DNA from: Podarcis cretensis
Lineage: Eukaryota
DNA: 64,000 bases
Assembly (NCBI GenBank): GCA_951804945.1
Contig: OX638152.1
Span: forward strand, 12,524,001 to 12,588,000
Direction of reading: 5' to 3'
The notes beneath the pieces were generated by a model. The model did not search any database. It worked only from the letters and a program-made list of their open reading frames with translations, and was not told the DNA's origin. Every line of letters begins with the position of its first letter. Position 1 is the first letter of the stretch. The position numbers were made by a program, and so were the translations under genes. Positions 23,342-35,158 of this stretch are shown piece after piece.

Positions 23342-23704
23342 GGGACGCAGGTGGCGCTGTGGGTTAAAGCCTCAGCGCCTAGGACTTGCCGATCGAAAGG
23401 TCGGCGGTTCGAATCCCTGCGGCGGGGTGCGCTCCCGCTGCTCGGTCCCAGCGCCTGCCAACCTAGCAGTTCGAAAGCACCTCCGGGTGCAAGTAGATAA
23501 ATAGGGACCGCTTACCAGCGGGAAGGTAAACGGCGTTTCCGTGTGCAGCTCTGGCTCGCCAGAGCAGCGATGTCACGCTGGCCACGTGACCCGGAAGTGT
23601 CTCCGGACAGCGCTGGCCCCTGGCCTCTTAAGTGAGATGGGCGCACAACCCCAGAGTCTGTCAAGACTGGCCCGTACGGGCAGGGGTACCTTTACCTTTA
23701 CCTT
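23342..23704 (+). mobile_element. Sauria SINE, full length, young
   Basis: A/B boxes, (ACCTTT)n tail, perfect 13-bp TSD TAATACATGTGCA (23329-23341, 23705-23717). Confidence 0.95.
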
Positions 23705-23981
23705 TAATACATGTGCACAAACAATCCTGGGTGTGTTTACTGCGAAGTAAGTCCCACTGTGTTCATTAAGGCTTACTCCCAGGTAAGGTTGCACACCATA
23801 GCACAGTTAGTGATGTCCTGGCTATTTGAATGGAAGTGCATTTTGCTAAATTCTCTCTTCGCAGCTTGCTGCAAAGTGTAACACAGCAATATTATTTTGA
23901 CACTTGGACCTTAAATTCCTTATAGGTCTCAGAAGCCAAGCTGTATCCAGTCAGTAATTTTTTGTAACACTTTTATTCAAG

Positions 23982-24099
23982 GTACATTGAAGAACTGAAA
24001 CAAGAAGCAAGGGAACCAGACAGGGATGCTGTTCCGGGTTTGGTATTTCAAGCAGTTGAAACGTGCTTCCTTGGGAAGAAATTTGTCTTTGGAGTTAAG
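23982..24099 (+). CDS. DDIAS: DDIAS coding exon 3
   Basis: YIEELKQEAREPDRDAVPGLVFQAVETCFLGKKFVFGVK resembles the DDIAS AVETCFVGQSFIFGV segment; 118 nt; AAG acceptor, AAG|GTAACT donor. Confidence 0.93.
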
Positions 24100-26823
24100 G
24101 TAACTCACCCCCACCAGCATGTTTTGTTCAAAGAATGCACAACTCATTTTGGGGGGAGTGAGCATCATTCGGGGGGGGGGGGGATGAAAGCTGCCAAATT
24201 TTGTGCATGACTGCCTTATTTCTATATTTCACCCTAACCCACCCCAACCCCTCAGATGCCCTGGAACCTTTTTAGCATCTGGGGCATTCTAGATGGTGTG
24301 GAATAGCTGCCCCAAGAAGCTGAATTGTTTGAAATGTAGAAAGAGAAATAACTTGCTTCTGCATTATATCAATGGCAAGCCCTACCCCATCCCCCGCCCA
24401 GAAAAAATCACTCATCATCAAAATCCACACACTCCAAAAAAATGTCTACATGTGAATGGATTGAAGAATTGGAGAACCTATTTTCGTTCTGCGCTAGTTA
24501 CTTCACAATTGGTATTTTAACTAAAATTAAGACACCAAACATGACTAGTATTTCCTACGGCAAAACATTAACGTCTGCACCAGGAAATCGGTCTGGCTGC
24601 ATTTCAAAATTAGAAGAGGAGTGGGAATTTGCCTCCAAGCGGGAACATAGAGGCAGATACCAAGAATGAGGCTTGAATTTCTCGATCCATAAGGTGCGAA
24701 CAAATAATATATATGCCTCCAGTGTTCTGACTTCTCCAAGTGATGGCTATAAGACCATTCAGTTCCAACTGCTAAAAGTAAACACGTGCCATCAACAGCT
24801 CCTTGAAGCATGTTTGGATATTTTCCCGCTCCCCCTTCAATCAAAGGCACAGCTCCTGGGAGAGGTACAAAATCAAATCACTGCAACAATAATCCTACTC
24901 TAGGCTTGCTGATTTTATTTTTTTCATTTTCAATCTCTCTGTTCAACAACCTAGAGTTGGAAATAGGTAGAGTGTTTGTGATCAGAGAGGGAGAGAGATT
25001 ACTGTCAGTTTGCACAGATATCCTCTGAGTTTGGGCATCTGCCTCCAGACACCTTACATGTGAGGAATTATAATGAGCGGTATTAATGAGAATAAAGCTG
25101 CTTATGAGGAAGGGTCTCTTCCTCAGAATATCTATTTTGTGACTGTTAGATTCTAGGAAGAGCAAAAAACCAAGGCTTCCTTCTCACAGAAGTAAATCTG
25201 TGTCTGGGGTACACCACCTGAGGGTGCAGATGCGTGCTCATGTGACACGGGGGGGGGGTCTACATAATTGTTTTCCTAACATGCTAATATCCTATATGCA
25301 AAGTCTTTTTAATATGAGGGAGGAGTCGTTTTGAACTGAATTTGCCCCTTACACTTGTTGTGGTTGAAGAGATTTGGTGCTGGGCTTGCTTTAGTGCCCT
25401 CATCAGTTTGCAATTTGGATTGACCCTCCTTGTATTATAGACAGGAGAGAGTCCTTGTAAACCTTGTAAATCTTGTAAACCTAAGCATTTGGGTTCAAAA
25501 CATGGAATCCCCTTACAGCAGGCACACCAACTCCAAAGGGCATAGGTGTCTTCAGACTCCTCAAAATCTCCCCTGATGGGGCTGGGCTCCCTCCATGTTA
25601 AGGGGCGGCGGAGGCTAAGTGCGGAGTGCTTTTGTGGCTGAGCACGAGAGGAAGCCGCTCTGCAACATTCTTCTGCATCGTGCACATATGACGTCAGACA
25701 CATGTCGCATGCCAGGTCCCCCTAATATTGGGGGGCAAGACAGCACCTCTGCCTTACAGTACAACTTCCAAGTGAATCCAGCCAGCTAGCCTCTCCTACT
25801 ATTCTGAGGTTAAAAAGAACCGTCCACTGGTTGTAGTTAGGAGAAAGTGTTTCTGTATAAACTACCTCTTGGCCCTGTATAAACTACCTCTTGGCCCTTG
25901 AGTACTTAACAGATGCTTACTAGATAACTTATAGTATGGAGTTACAGGAACTTGAAATTTCAATCCTGTGTATCTGGGGTTTTGGGGCAAGGGATTGTTT
26001 CCCATGGTCCCATGGGTGCAACGATCTGTGCAAAATTTGTGATAGAAATTGAAGTTAATGAGAACCTTGTCTGTCTTAAGAAGCAAAAGTCCAATATCAA
26101 AGAATAGCTGTAAGTTCCCAAGGGAGAACAGCAATGTCTTTCTGCACAGATTGTGGTCTTGTCTCAGTTTAGACACTCCTTTTGCTGTTCCTGACAGTTT
26201 CCTCAACTCTGCTTGCTAATATGCAAGAGTAGCTTTCGGGCCTTCCTCTTTGTCCTACTTACCTGAAATCCTAATAGGTTTCACCTGTTCTTGTCTAACT
26301 GGCTATGACTGCAACCCCACAGCTCTAGCCCAAGTCCTTATTCAACCACAGTCCTGCAACTCAGTTTCCAGTGCAGTCTGTCTACAACAATAAATATCCT
26401 CCTTATTGACATGCGGATACCAAATAAAACTATAATGTTGTTCCCCAATAACATAACATTAAAGAAAACCCAGGTGTACCCATGTGTACCTTGCTGATAG
26501 TCGGGCATATGCAGAACCCAGGTGTACAGCTGCCGTAGGTGATGATGAAAATGGGAATGTTTGGATCAAAACTGAAGCATTTCGTCTTGGTTCAATTCTG
26601 CTGGACTACAACTCTCATCATCCTTGGCTATTGGAAATACTTGCTGGGGTTGATGGGAGTTGTAATCCAGCAACATCTAGAGGCCCATAGGTTCCTGATC
26701 TAAAGTAATCAGCTTCATGAAAGTGATTGGTCCAGGTAAACCTCTTACGGTTTTGAGCTATGAAATAGAAGTACCTTCTTGTAAAGTATGCTAGCTGATA
26801 GAGCACCTTCTATTATCTTGCAG

Positions 26824-29310
26824 GATTCTGATAAGCAGGATGGCACCGGCTCCATGCAAAATTGCTGCCAAATTGACAAGAACTCCAGAGCTCTCACTGC
26901 CTGTCAGATGGTTGTACCAAACTCTGGACTTGTGGGCTGCACTGTTATACAATATCTCAAGGAGCTGCAAAGTTCTTACTCCAAGCATAACCATGGGGGC
27001 TTCTGGCCTCCTGACTGCTTTGCAGCAGTTGATCAACCAAGCAGAGAACTCAGTGGCCTGCATGGCTCTGGCACCTTGGGTACAGTTCCATCAAGTTGCA
27101 TAGATGTTCTTTCAAGCCTCTGGCCTCAATCATTTGGACTGACTTCCTCCTGCGTTTCTTCAGGAACAACCGCTGATCTTGTAGCTCTAAGTACAAGCAA
27201 GGCTGCCCAGGATGAGCCAAATTCGGATGATAGTCCAGTTTCTTTGCATAGCCTGTCAGTCTTCAAGCCCCAGGACCGTAACCTGACTGCGAATACAAAA
27301 ATAGAACAGAAAGATAAGAAATGTCATGTGCACGATGTCACTGAAAAGAGAGAAGCAGAAGGCTATTCCTCATTAAGAAGAAAAGACTGCAGATCATTTC
27401 TGAGCCCCTTAGAATTAGAGGAAAGAGACTCTCCTCTGAGAAAAATTAGCATCCAGTGCAGTGAAGGACTGGAAAAATCATGGACCTCATTCCCACCCCA
27501 GACATACGATGGATCTCTTTCCCCCCTTGCTCCATCTTCCAGTCGCATTAGAGCAGGTGGAAACTCTCAAGAAGCTCCATGGCTTTGGGATGAGCTGCCG
27601 TCATCTGAAAGTTTCAATGAATTCATTGCCAAAATTGAAAACGACAAAGCCATGGTGTTGCCAACAAAAGCTGATGTTTTGGAGCATTTCCCCAGTCAGG
27701 AGGCTGATGAATTCCATGGACCTTTTAAGCAGTCGTCTCCCAAGCCAGGCATTTGCAGTGCCAATTTCATTACTGAAGAGTCAGGTGAGAAACTGAAGAA
27801 GCTAGCTGGGAAGATGGAAATGTGCAAAGAAGATAATTTCCCTTGTCACCAGCTGAATCTTCCATGCTTCATTAGCAACAGATACCACCAAGAAGCCTCT
27901 TACACCTCTTTACCCACTGAAGAAAAGGAAAATTTGGGGTGTTGGTCCAACCAGCACCCAGATCTTTCACCTCGGTCCACCCCAAATGGAATTAAATGTT
28001 CTCATTCAAAGGGAAGCTGTCCGTCATCCAAGGAAGGAGTTGGCCAAGATGTCAGTAGTTGTAAGAATCTCAATTCCTGCTCATCTACCAACAACTGTCT
28101 CAAAAGCCCTTGTTTACAAACCAGGAAGACTACCCACTTAAACTGCAAAGGTGATGGTAATTTAGACAAATGGGAAAATAAAGGAAGTGTTAGCGATCAG
28201 CTAAACCAAATGGCTGATCTCACAAACACCCAGGAACAGGGTTTCACCCTGGCAACTTGTGAAAAAACAGACAAAGTTTGTGAAAAAGGGAGAGAGTTGC
28301 TCTCAGAAGTGCAAAATTATAATTTTAGAGAGGCTGAGGTCAGCGGTTCCGATTGCCCCGGGGGTAGTTACAATGCTTCAGCTGATCTCTTTGATGCTAG
28401 TACCAGACAGGAAGATGCCACTGTACGAATGTTCAACTTGGCACCAGCTTTCTCTCCACAGGAGGGCACACTGAACAAGAAGTGTATAAGATCTGAAGCC
28501 ATGCTGAGTGAGCAAGATGCTAGCTGGAATACTTCTTGGCATGGACTGTCCTTACATAAAATGTTCGCTACACCTCATCAGAAAACAAGCACCCCAGTTG
28601 CTGGTTCCATATCTGAGTTTGAGCACAGCCCTGCAGGTACTCCAGGCTTTGTGCCTGATTCCCAGTCGACTCCCCTTTCCAGACCTTGTCGACAAGTAAG
28701 CCTCCCTAGCGGGAGAGAATCCATTCTTACCAAATTGCCACGGAATAAATTGTCTTGGATCAATGCCAGATGCAAAAGACCCAGGCCTTCCTTGAAAAAT
28801 TATTTAGCGAAACAGCTTGTCAGCAAGTTCCCGCAATCTAGAAGGTCGAGCGATGCAAATTCTGTTAGCATCAATGCATCTGGTCCTCAGCAGCTATCTA
28901 TCAAAGTAAGTCCAGCCCAGAGGCTGTCTGAAAACGATGATGAGGAATGGATTCCTCCGTCGGATAAAAAATGGATACATCCACTTGCTTTCCAGAACAG
29001 AAAAACTTTGGGGAGTGATGCCAGTTGCCAAGTTGCAGAGAAGTCTCCTCTTTCTGAAAACAAAGTAAGGTCTGTGATTCCAAAGTCTAATGTTAGCTTA
29101 AGGAAGGTAGAATTCATTCATAAAAGGCAACAGCCGACGGAGACTAGATTTGAGGATGGACCTGTTCCTGAAGATGGTGTTCATCTCAGACAGCTCATGA
29201 ATGAATCCCCCAGCTCCTCTGCTTCTGCAGACGTCAAAGGGCCAGGCCCTTCTTCCATGCCTGGCAGCATGCATAACACTGCAGATTGGTCTTCTGAACT
29301 ATTTGTGTAA
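26824..29310 (+). CDS. DDIAS: DDIAS large terminal coding exon
   Basis: Acceptor TTGCAG ending 26823, in frame with the 840-aa ORF. Contains ALTACQMVVP..GCTVIQY, ELPSSESFNEFI, YNASADLF, EEWIPPS and terminal WSSELFV. Spliced CDS 110+162+118+2487 = 2877 nt (958 aa). Confidence 0.93.
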   Translation, partial: DSDKQDGTGSMQNCCQIDKNSRALTACQMVVPNSGLVGCTVIQYLKELQSSYSKHNHGGFWPPDCFAAVDQPSRELSGLHGSGTLGTVPSSCIDVLSSLWPQSFGLTSSCVSSGTTADLVALSTSKAAQDEPNSDDSPVSLHSLSVFKPQDRNLTANTKIEQKDKKCHVHDVTEKREAEGYSSLRRKDCRSFLSPLELEERDSPLRKISIQCSEGLEKSWTSFPPQTYDGSLSPLAPSSSRIRAGGNSQEAPWLWDELPSSESFNEFIAKIENDKAMVLPTKADVLEHFPSQEADEFHGPFKQSSPKPGICSANFITEESGEKLKKLAGKMEMCKEDNFPCHQLNLPCFISNRYHQEASYTSLPTEEKENLGCWSNQHPDLSPRSTPNGIKCSHSKGSCPSSKEGVGQDVSSCKNLNSCSSTNNCLKSPCLQTRKTTHLNCKGDGNLDKWENKGSVSDQLNQMADLTNTQEQGFTLATCEKTDKVCEKGRELLSEVQNYNFREAEVSGSDCPGGSYNASADLFDASTRQEDATVRMFNLAPAFSPQEGTLNKKCIRSEAMLSEQDASWNTSWHGLSLHKMFATPHQKTSTPVAGSISEFEHSPAGTPGFVPDSQSTPLSRPCRQVSLPSGRESILTKLPRNKLSWINARCKRPRPSLKNYLAKQLVSKFPQSRRSSDANSVSINASGPQQLSIKVSPAQRLSENDDEEWIPPSDKKWIHPLAFQNRKTLGSDASCQVAEKSPLSENKVRSVIPKSNVSLRKVEFIHKRQQPTETRFEDGPVPEDGVHLRQLMNESPSSSASADVKGPGPSSMPGSMHNTADWSSELFV

Positions 29311-29576
29311 TAAAACAGCCAGCTCTCCCACTTGGAGGCCACTTTGTCAAATTCATCTGTTTGTACGTAAGTTTCCTTTCAAAACATCCTTTTTGGTCAG
29401 CGTTGTGCCTTTTGACATGTTCTCAATTATGAGTAGTTTTCTGAAGTGATTGTGAAATGGGAAAGGGCTGTTTTGAAGAAAAAAACCCACTATTGTTTGT
29501 TATTCCTCTTGGCACTTTTAAAAAATGAATTATGTCTGTTGGACTGAGCATTAAATAACTATTTGCTAGAAGACAA

Positions 29577-29582
29577 AATAAA
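29577..29582 (+). terminator. Candidate DDIAS polyadenylation signal
   Basis: AATAAA about 270 nt after the stop, with U-rich sequence downstream. Another AATAAA overlaps the stop (29309-29314), and ATTAAA lies at 29550. Confidence 0.55.
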
Positions 29583-29815
29583 ATGTTGCCTCTATCTCTG
29601 GGTATTTTTTATCAATAGCTGTGAACTGGTGACTGCTCTATTGCTGTGTAATATAGAGGGCAGCATAAGGGTACAGAGTGCCCGCGTGGCACACGAAAGA
29701 GAGGTGATTTGGGTAGCCCCTCCAGTGCTTACAGGCAAGCTTATGCTAAGCTGTGTTCACTCTGGGGCCCACCTTCAGTGGCTGCTCCACCAGAACCTTT
29801 ATTTACACCCCTGTG

Positions 29816-29935
29816 ATAGAATCATAGAATTGTAGGGCTGGAAGGGTCCACAGGGTCATCTAGTCCAACCCCAGTCTTTTGCCCCATGTGAGGCTTGAAC
29901 CCATGATTGCGAGATTAAGAATATCATGCTCTAAA
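29816..29935 (-). mobile_element. Short SINE with tRNA-Lys-like head and CR1-type tail
   Basis: Minus strand TAGAGCATGATATTCTTAATCTC..TGGGTTCAAGCCTCACATGGGGC, then GGTTGGACTAGATGACC..TTCTATGATTCTAT; a similar element lies at about 47448-47550. Confidence 0.65.
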
Positions 29936-30685
29936 TGCTGCTTGCAGCAAATAGGGCAGAAGATAGGCTATGCTTTTGGGGGCCGATGCGAGTTGATAGT
30001 CCAACAAGACCTGGAGGCCCACAGATTTCTCATCCTTGTTTGAGATTCCCTTCGTTTCTGTCCAGAGGAAGAGGGTTCACAAAATCCTTGTGAACTGAGC
30101 TGTATCTCCCATCAGCACTGCTTCCTATGAGCGTCAGGAGGAAAAGCACTGCTGGGTTTTGTGTACCTACAGTCATGAATATACAGATTATTGGGGATGA
30201 AATCTAGGATGCCCATTTATAGTATACACAGGTTTCAGGATGACCATTTACAGTATGCACAAGTTCCTGTAGCACGCCACTAACTTGTACAGGATTTTCT
30301 GTACAAAATTGGGGGAGGGGGAGAGAAAAGCTGCTTTGAACAATCGAGGGGAAACTATTAAAATGGAAATAATTGTAGCTGCTCTGCTCTACCAGAAAAG
30401 AGTTTTTTGGGCCTTGGTGTGCAGCTGTGGGAAATGAAAGCAACATCTGGAATGCAGCTCTTATAAAAACCCAGGAATATGGAACAATACATCGCTGATT
30501 GATCCATCCAATGCGTATGGTTAAAAATGGATGGCTTAACACAATGGGCTACTTCCAGTTTGCCTTGTGGCATTCCAAAAGCACATCTTTTGGATATCCA
30601 AATGTGTCCAGAAAGCTTTTTTAGTATTCCTGCAAGTACTCTGACTTTGCAAATACTTTTTACCATGAGTTCTGCATGTGTACAG

Positions 30686-30865
30686 GAGGATGATTAGCTA
30701 AATTAATATTGCCTTTAATTATCTTAAGAAATGCATAAGAAGTGGTCAAAACAGGGGATCATGAGAGGTGCTGATGGGAGTCCATAAAAAGATTGTACAA
30801 GTGGTGATGTTTTGTAGTATGTATTATAATTCGTATGTTAACATTAATAAAAATTATATAAAAAA
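30686..30865 (+). mobile_element. 5'-truncated retroposed insert (L1-like 3' end)
   Basis: Perfect 19-bp TSD GAGTTCTGCATGTGTACAG (30667-30685, 30866-30884); AATAAA plus A tail at the 3' end. Confidence 0.8.
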
Positions 30866-31549
30866 GAGTTCTGCATGTGTACAGCTCGAGAGGAGCAGTA
30901 GAGGAAGAGGAAGAGTTAACGGTGTGTCCAAACAGTGTGTCGCGACACATTAGCGTGTCTGCTGCAGTGTGTAGGCGTGTCATACAAGCACGCTCCACAA
31001 TCCTCCCAGGGCTGGAAAGGGGTTAGTTTAACCTCAAGTTTGGTAGTAAAACTGAATTACTGTGACATGAAATAATGCATGTCTAAAAAGTGTGTCACAG
31101 ACATGAAAAGTTTAGAAAGCTGAGTTAAGGGCCAAACTAAAGTTTTACCCAGTCAAGTTTAACTTGGTCATGTTCGTTAATATAAATAGGTCTACTCTAA
31201 GTTGAATACTACCTATGCATTCTTCATTTCATGGCAACTCCCTTTGTCTGTATGTATTATGCAACTCTCCACATAAAAATAAAAACCCTAGGGGTATATT
31301 TGATCATGCCACATGTGGTTTGACCCTGTAACATTCCTTTAACTTCTCATCTCGTGTGTTTCTGCTGCAGTGATAAAGGAAAATAGGAAATTGCCTTACA
31401 CCAAGTCAGACTCCATCTAGTTTCTGGCTGGCAGTAGCCATCCAGGGTCTCAACACAAAGGTATTTTCCATCACTTGCTACCTGCTCTTTCTCACAGGAG
31501 ATACCACAGAATGAACCTTTTGCCTGTGATTTATCAGAAAACTGCAGTC

Positions 31550-33878
31550 CACTCCCTTTATTTTGATAAAACCTTGTAGGGGGCAGAGGGAAGACACACA
31601 CTTTTTAAAATGTTGACTTTATTCTCAAAAAAAGGCTAAAACTTTAGCAGCTTCTTTTTCAATGCAGAAGAGATCGCCTTGTCGGTGATCGGGCACAGCC
31701 TCCTAGAAGCACCTTGAGTAAAAGCAAGCCCTCTTTAAACAAAGGGTTGATACACAGAGCGCATCATGTATCCATGCCTTTTCACATGTTCCCCTTTCAC
31801 CAGGGGAGATGCACCCGTCCAGTCCCCAGCAAACAGTGCCCATTCTTCTTCTGCACATAATTGAACTAATTAATACTAATACAGAATAACCAGCGAATTA
31901 ATACTAAAATTACAATCCATTGCAGGTCCATCATGAACCAGACAGTTCACCCTTCCTTGCAGGGTAAGCGAGTCAACACCAAGATCTGAGGAAAATGGCC
32001 ATCTCTGCCCCTGTGATTCTTCTTCCAGCATCCAATTTGCAGAATCTGGGTGCGTTCTTTGAGCATGGCACAAGAGGTGCAGTAACAATGGAGATGAGGG
32101 CAGGACACATTTCACACTGCTTCCAACTTTTGTGGTTTGGGACTGAGGGGAATGCCCAAGCCAAGAGTTTTACATACAGATACACACGCGCACACACACA
32201 GTTGAGCCCAGGAGAGCGCAGCGGACAAATTAGATGAACTACAATCGTGAGCCTGCAAGCGACTACATTATAGAGGAAGGCTTTTTGATGCTGCAATTTG
32301 AATTCGCTTCTCAGGAGCTACAGCTTTGCAAGATGGTCGCAGCCTCAGTAAAGATCAGAACATGCGCTGCCATTATCTGTTTTATTCCTAAAGCATATAA
32401 AAACCCTATGAAATTGTGCGCTCGCTTCCCAATGAGAAATACATTTCCACAAATGGATTTGAGTCCAGTACCGTGGCAGCGGCTGCTTCTGCTTTAATTA
32501 AAAGCACGCTCAGTATCGATCCTTCTGCAGACTGTACTGCTGTTTTGGACAGCTATTATCAGGACTGATCTTGGGGTTTTACTCCTTTGGTAAGGTCTTC
32601 CTCACACTTTCTTTTTTACATTTAGCAGTGCACACCACGTGTGGCATCTGTGCTTAAAGTGGACACATGGATACATTTGGCCAGCCCCCCCAAAATCTCA
32701 GAATCCTTGTGTTGTAATATGCCTTTAAACAGACAACTCTATATTGCTGTCCAAATTCCCAAGTTACCCAGCATTCCAATGAACCAGTCCTGGAGCTATT
32801 TCTGCTAACTCCCGAAATAATTAACTATATTCAAAACACCTTCATCGGGTCACTTCCATAAGAGGGAAAGTGGGAACAGAAAGCTCCACTATATGCCAGG
32901 ACGGTGCAAGAATGCTGATTTTAATTGCAAACTTCAGAACACTTATTTGTTCAGGTCAAGTTCGCAGAGGATTTTTAATGCTCCTCTTTAATAAGCTAAA
33001 ACCAACTCTTTCAACCCACAGAAACGGCATCCAGGCAAAATGAGGCCCATGGTGTACTTGTTTCTACCAGCAAAAAAGGGGTTTTTTTTGTTTGTTTGTT
33101 TTACAATTGGTGCTTTCTAGTGAACAGTTCCTGGCTTCTGTACAAAACAGAGCGGGCAGTTATGGATCGCATCTAAAATTTCACCCGGGGCAAAAGTTAG
33201 CCAAACTATTAGTACTCAAAGAAGTGAGAGAGCCAATCTCCACTCTTGTTGGTTTCAAAATATTGGCATTTCTATTTTTAACTTCCACGTCGATGAAAGT
33301 GTATGGACATGAGAGGCATTAACACTTATTTCCCACCCCCACCCCCCAAAAGAAACATATTTTCAGGGGCTGTGCCCTAGAAACCGAATGATTTGGGCCA
33401 TATCTATATACACAGGTCATTGCTTAGCTGGCAGGCCATGACAGCTGCATGATGGCTAATGTGCATTACATTTATTAAAAGGTCGGGGGGGGGGAGAGAA
33501 ATGGTGCAAGAGAGAACTTGCATTACTCAGCAATTCCAAGGAAGTTTCCCTAGTTGCTTCCTGGAAGTGAAACCTGGCTTCCGCTTGCCATCGGATACCT
33601 AGAGCACCCTTGTGAATCCTCACCACCTCCAGATTACAGGGGAATTACATTTTTATATATATTTGTGTGTGTGTGTGTATATATCTTTAAAAAATTAAAC
33701 CAGGTTATATTTCTGTTACGCTGACCCTGCAGGCGAAGTGGCCAGCCTGCCATGCTTCAAGGTTGTGAACCTGACGACATCCGCCAGTCAGATTGGGTTG
33801 AGGTGGCAGGAGCGGCCTTTGCCAAGACAGGCCTTGGCGAGAAAGAAGAGTCATAACCCTCGGGGGCTCGACTGGTTA
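31550..33878 (-). other. RAB30: Probable RAB30 3'UTR (distal end uncertain)
   Basis: Transposon-poor sequence following the stop; minus-strand AATAAA candidates near 33471, 32382, 31618 and 31557. Confidence 0.5.
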
Positions 33879-34129
33879 TCAGTTGAAATTGCAGCAAGTC
33901 AAATAGCTGATACTTTTCCCTTCCCCGGGCAACGGGGATTCCACATTGTTCACAAGCGTGTTTTGCCGCGCTTCGCTGATCAGCCGGCAAGCCAAGTCGA
34001 GAAAGAGTTTTTCCACGTTATCCGATTCTTTAGCCGAAGTCTCCAGATAGTACATGTCTTGGGCTTCGGAAAATTCCTCCGCTCTTTGTTGGGAGACTTC
34101 TCTTTTATCCGCTAAATCAATCTTGTTCC
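33879..34129 (-). CDS. RAB30: RAB30 last coding exon
   Basis: (G)NKIDLADKREVSQQRAEEFSEAQDMYYLETSAKESDNVEKLFLDLACRLISEARQNTLVNNVESPLPGEGKSISYLTCCNFN*; G4/G5 boxes and CC prenylation motif; CAG acceptor. Confidence 0.97.
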
Positions 34130-34332
34130 CTGCGTAAACAAAGCAGACGGAAGAGATTAGCTTGGCTGCAGGCAGCAGAAGCCAACGAAAACTAAAAACC
34201 CCACCCTACAGAGCAGTGGAGGCTGGTCCATTAGGATGAATGGGGCACTGACCCACCAACCCTCAACTACTCCCCACCTTGCTTGCCTTCTTATAACCAG
34301 CTCAGGCTGCTGGCTTCCTCCTTAGGCTCAGC

Positions 34333-34584
34333 CATGGGTTGGCAAACTAAGGCCCAGGGGCCGGATCTCGCCTAATCGCCTTCTAAATCCAACCCACGGA
34401 CGGTCCAGGAATCAACATGTTTTTACATGAGTAGAATGTGTCCTTTTATTTAAAATGCATCTCTGGGTTATTTGTGGAGCACAGGAATCCGTTCATTTAT
34501 TTATTTTTCCAAAATATAGTCCGGCACCCACAAGGTCTAAGGGATAGTGGACCAGACCCCTGCTGAAAAAGTTTGCTGACCCCT
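34333..34584. mobile_element. hAT MITE (same family as 60828-61078)
   Basis: Colinear homology with 60828-61078; degenerate CTCAGC flanking repeat. Confidence 0.8.
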
Positions 34585-35100
34585 CTCAGCATCGCCTTTG
34601 CAGAACTCAGCAGGAAGGAGGAGGGGCACAAAACCAGAATTTATATCTCCCACTTCCAGATTTGTCATCCACACCCCACATTCCCAGGTATGGGCACTAC
34701 TGCAACCTAAAGGGGGTGAGCAGCAGCTCTGCACACCTCCCATTTTCTCTCCCTGTCCCTTGTCCGTATTCATCTTGGAATGGTAGAACTGTACAGTTGG
34801 AAGGGACCCTGAGGGTCAGTTAGTACCACCCTCCGCAATGCAGGAATCTCAACTAAAGCATCTGCCTTCTATCATCAAGTCCAATTATTTCAAACAGGAA
34901 GGAAAGCCTTAAGTTTTGTTGTAGTTTGTTTTTAATAACAAAGTGGTCAATATATCTGTACAATCCCTGGTGCCCATTTTGTACCCCTGTCCCAACGCAC
35001 TTAAATGACTGGAAGAGTTTCCATTTGAAAAGGAGCCAGAGGAGAAGATGCGACCCAGCATGGGGAATTATCTAGCCAGTAAGCCCTCCTAGGAGCAGTG

Positions 35101-35101
<1 letters not shown>

Positions 35102-35158
<57 letters not shown>
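35102..35158. repeat. Compound (GT)n(GA)n microsatellite
   Basis: About 14 GT units followed by about 14 GA units. Confidence 0.95.

Noticed and set aside
24430-24900. Possible additional exon or old L1 ORF2 remnant (KLEEEWE...KTIQFQLL)
   Set aside because: Contains stops, the similarity is too weak to call, and the DDIAS exon phases already join without it.
26788-26823. ATG start of the 840-aa ORF as an independent gene
   Set aside because: The first 12 codons are intronic; the ORF is the terminal DDIAS exon entered at the 26824 acceptor.
29880-29935. tRNA-Lys(CTT) gene
   Set aside because: Truncated and mutated, fused to a CR1-type tail; it is a SINE head.
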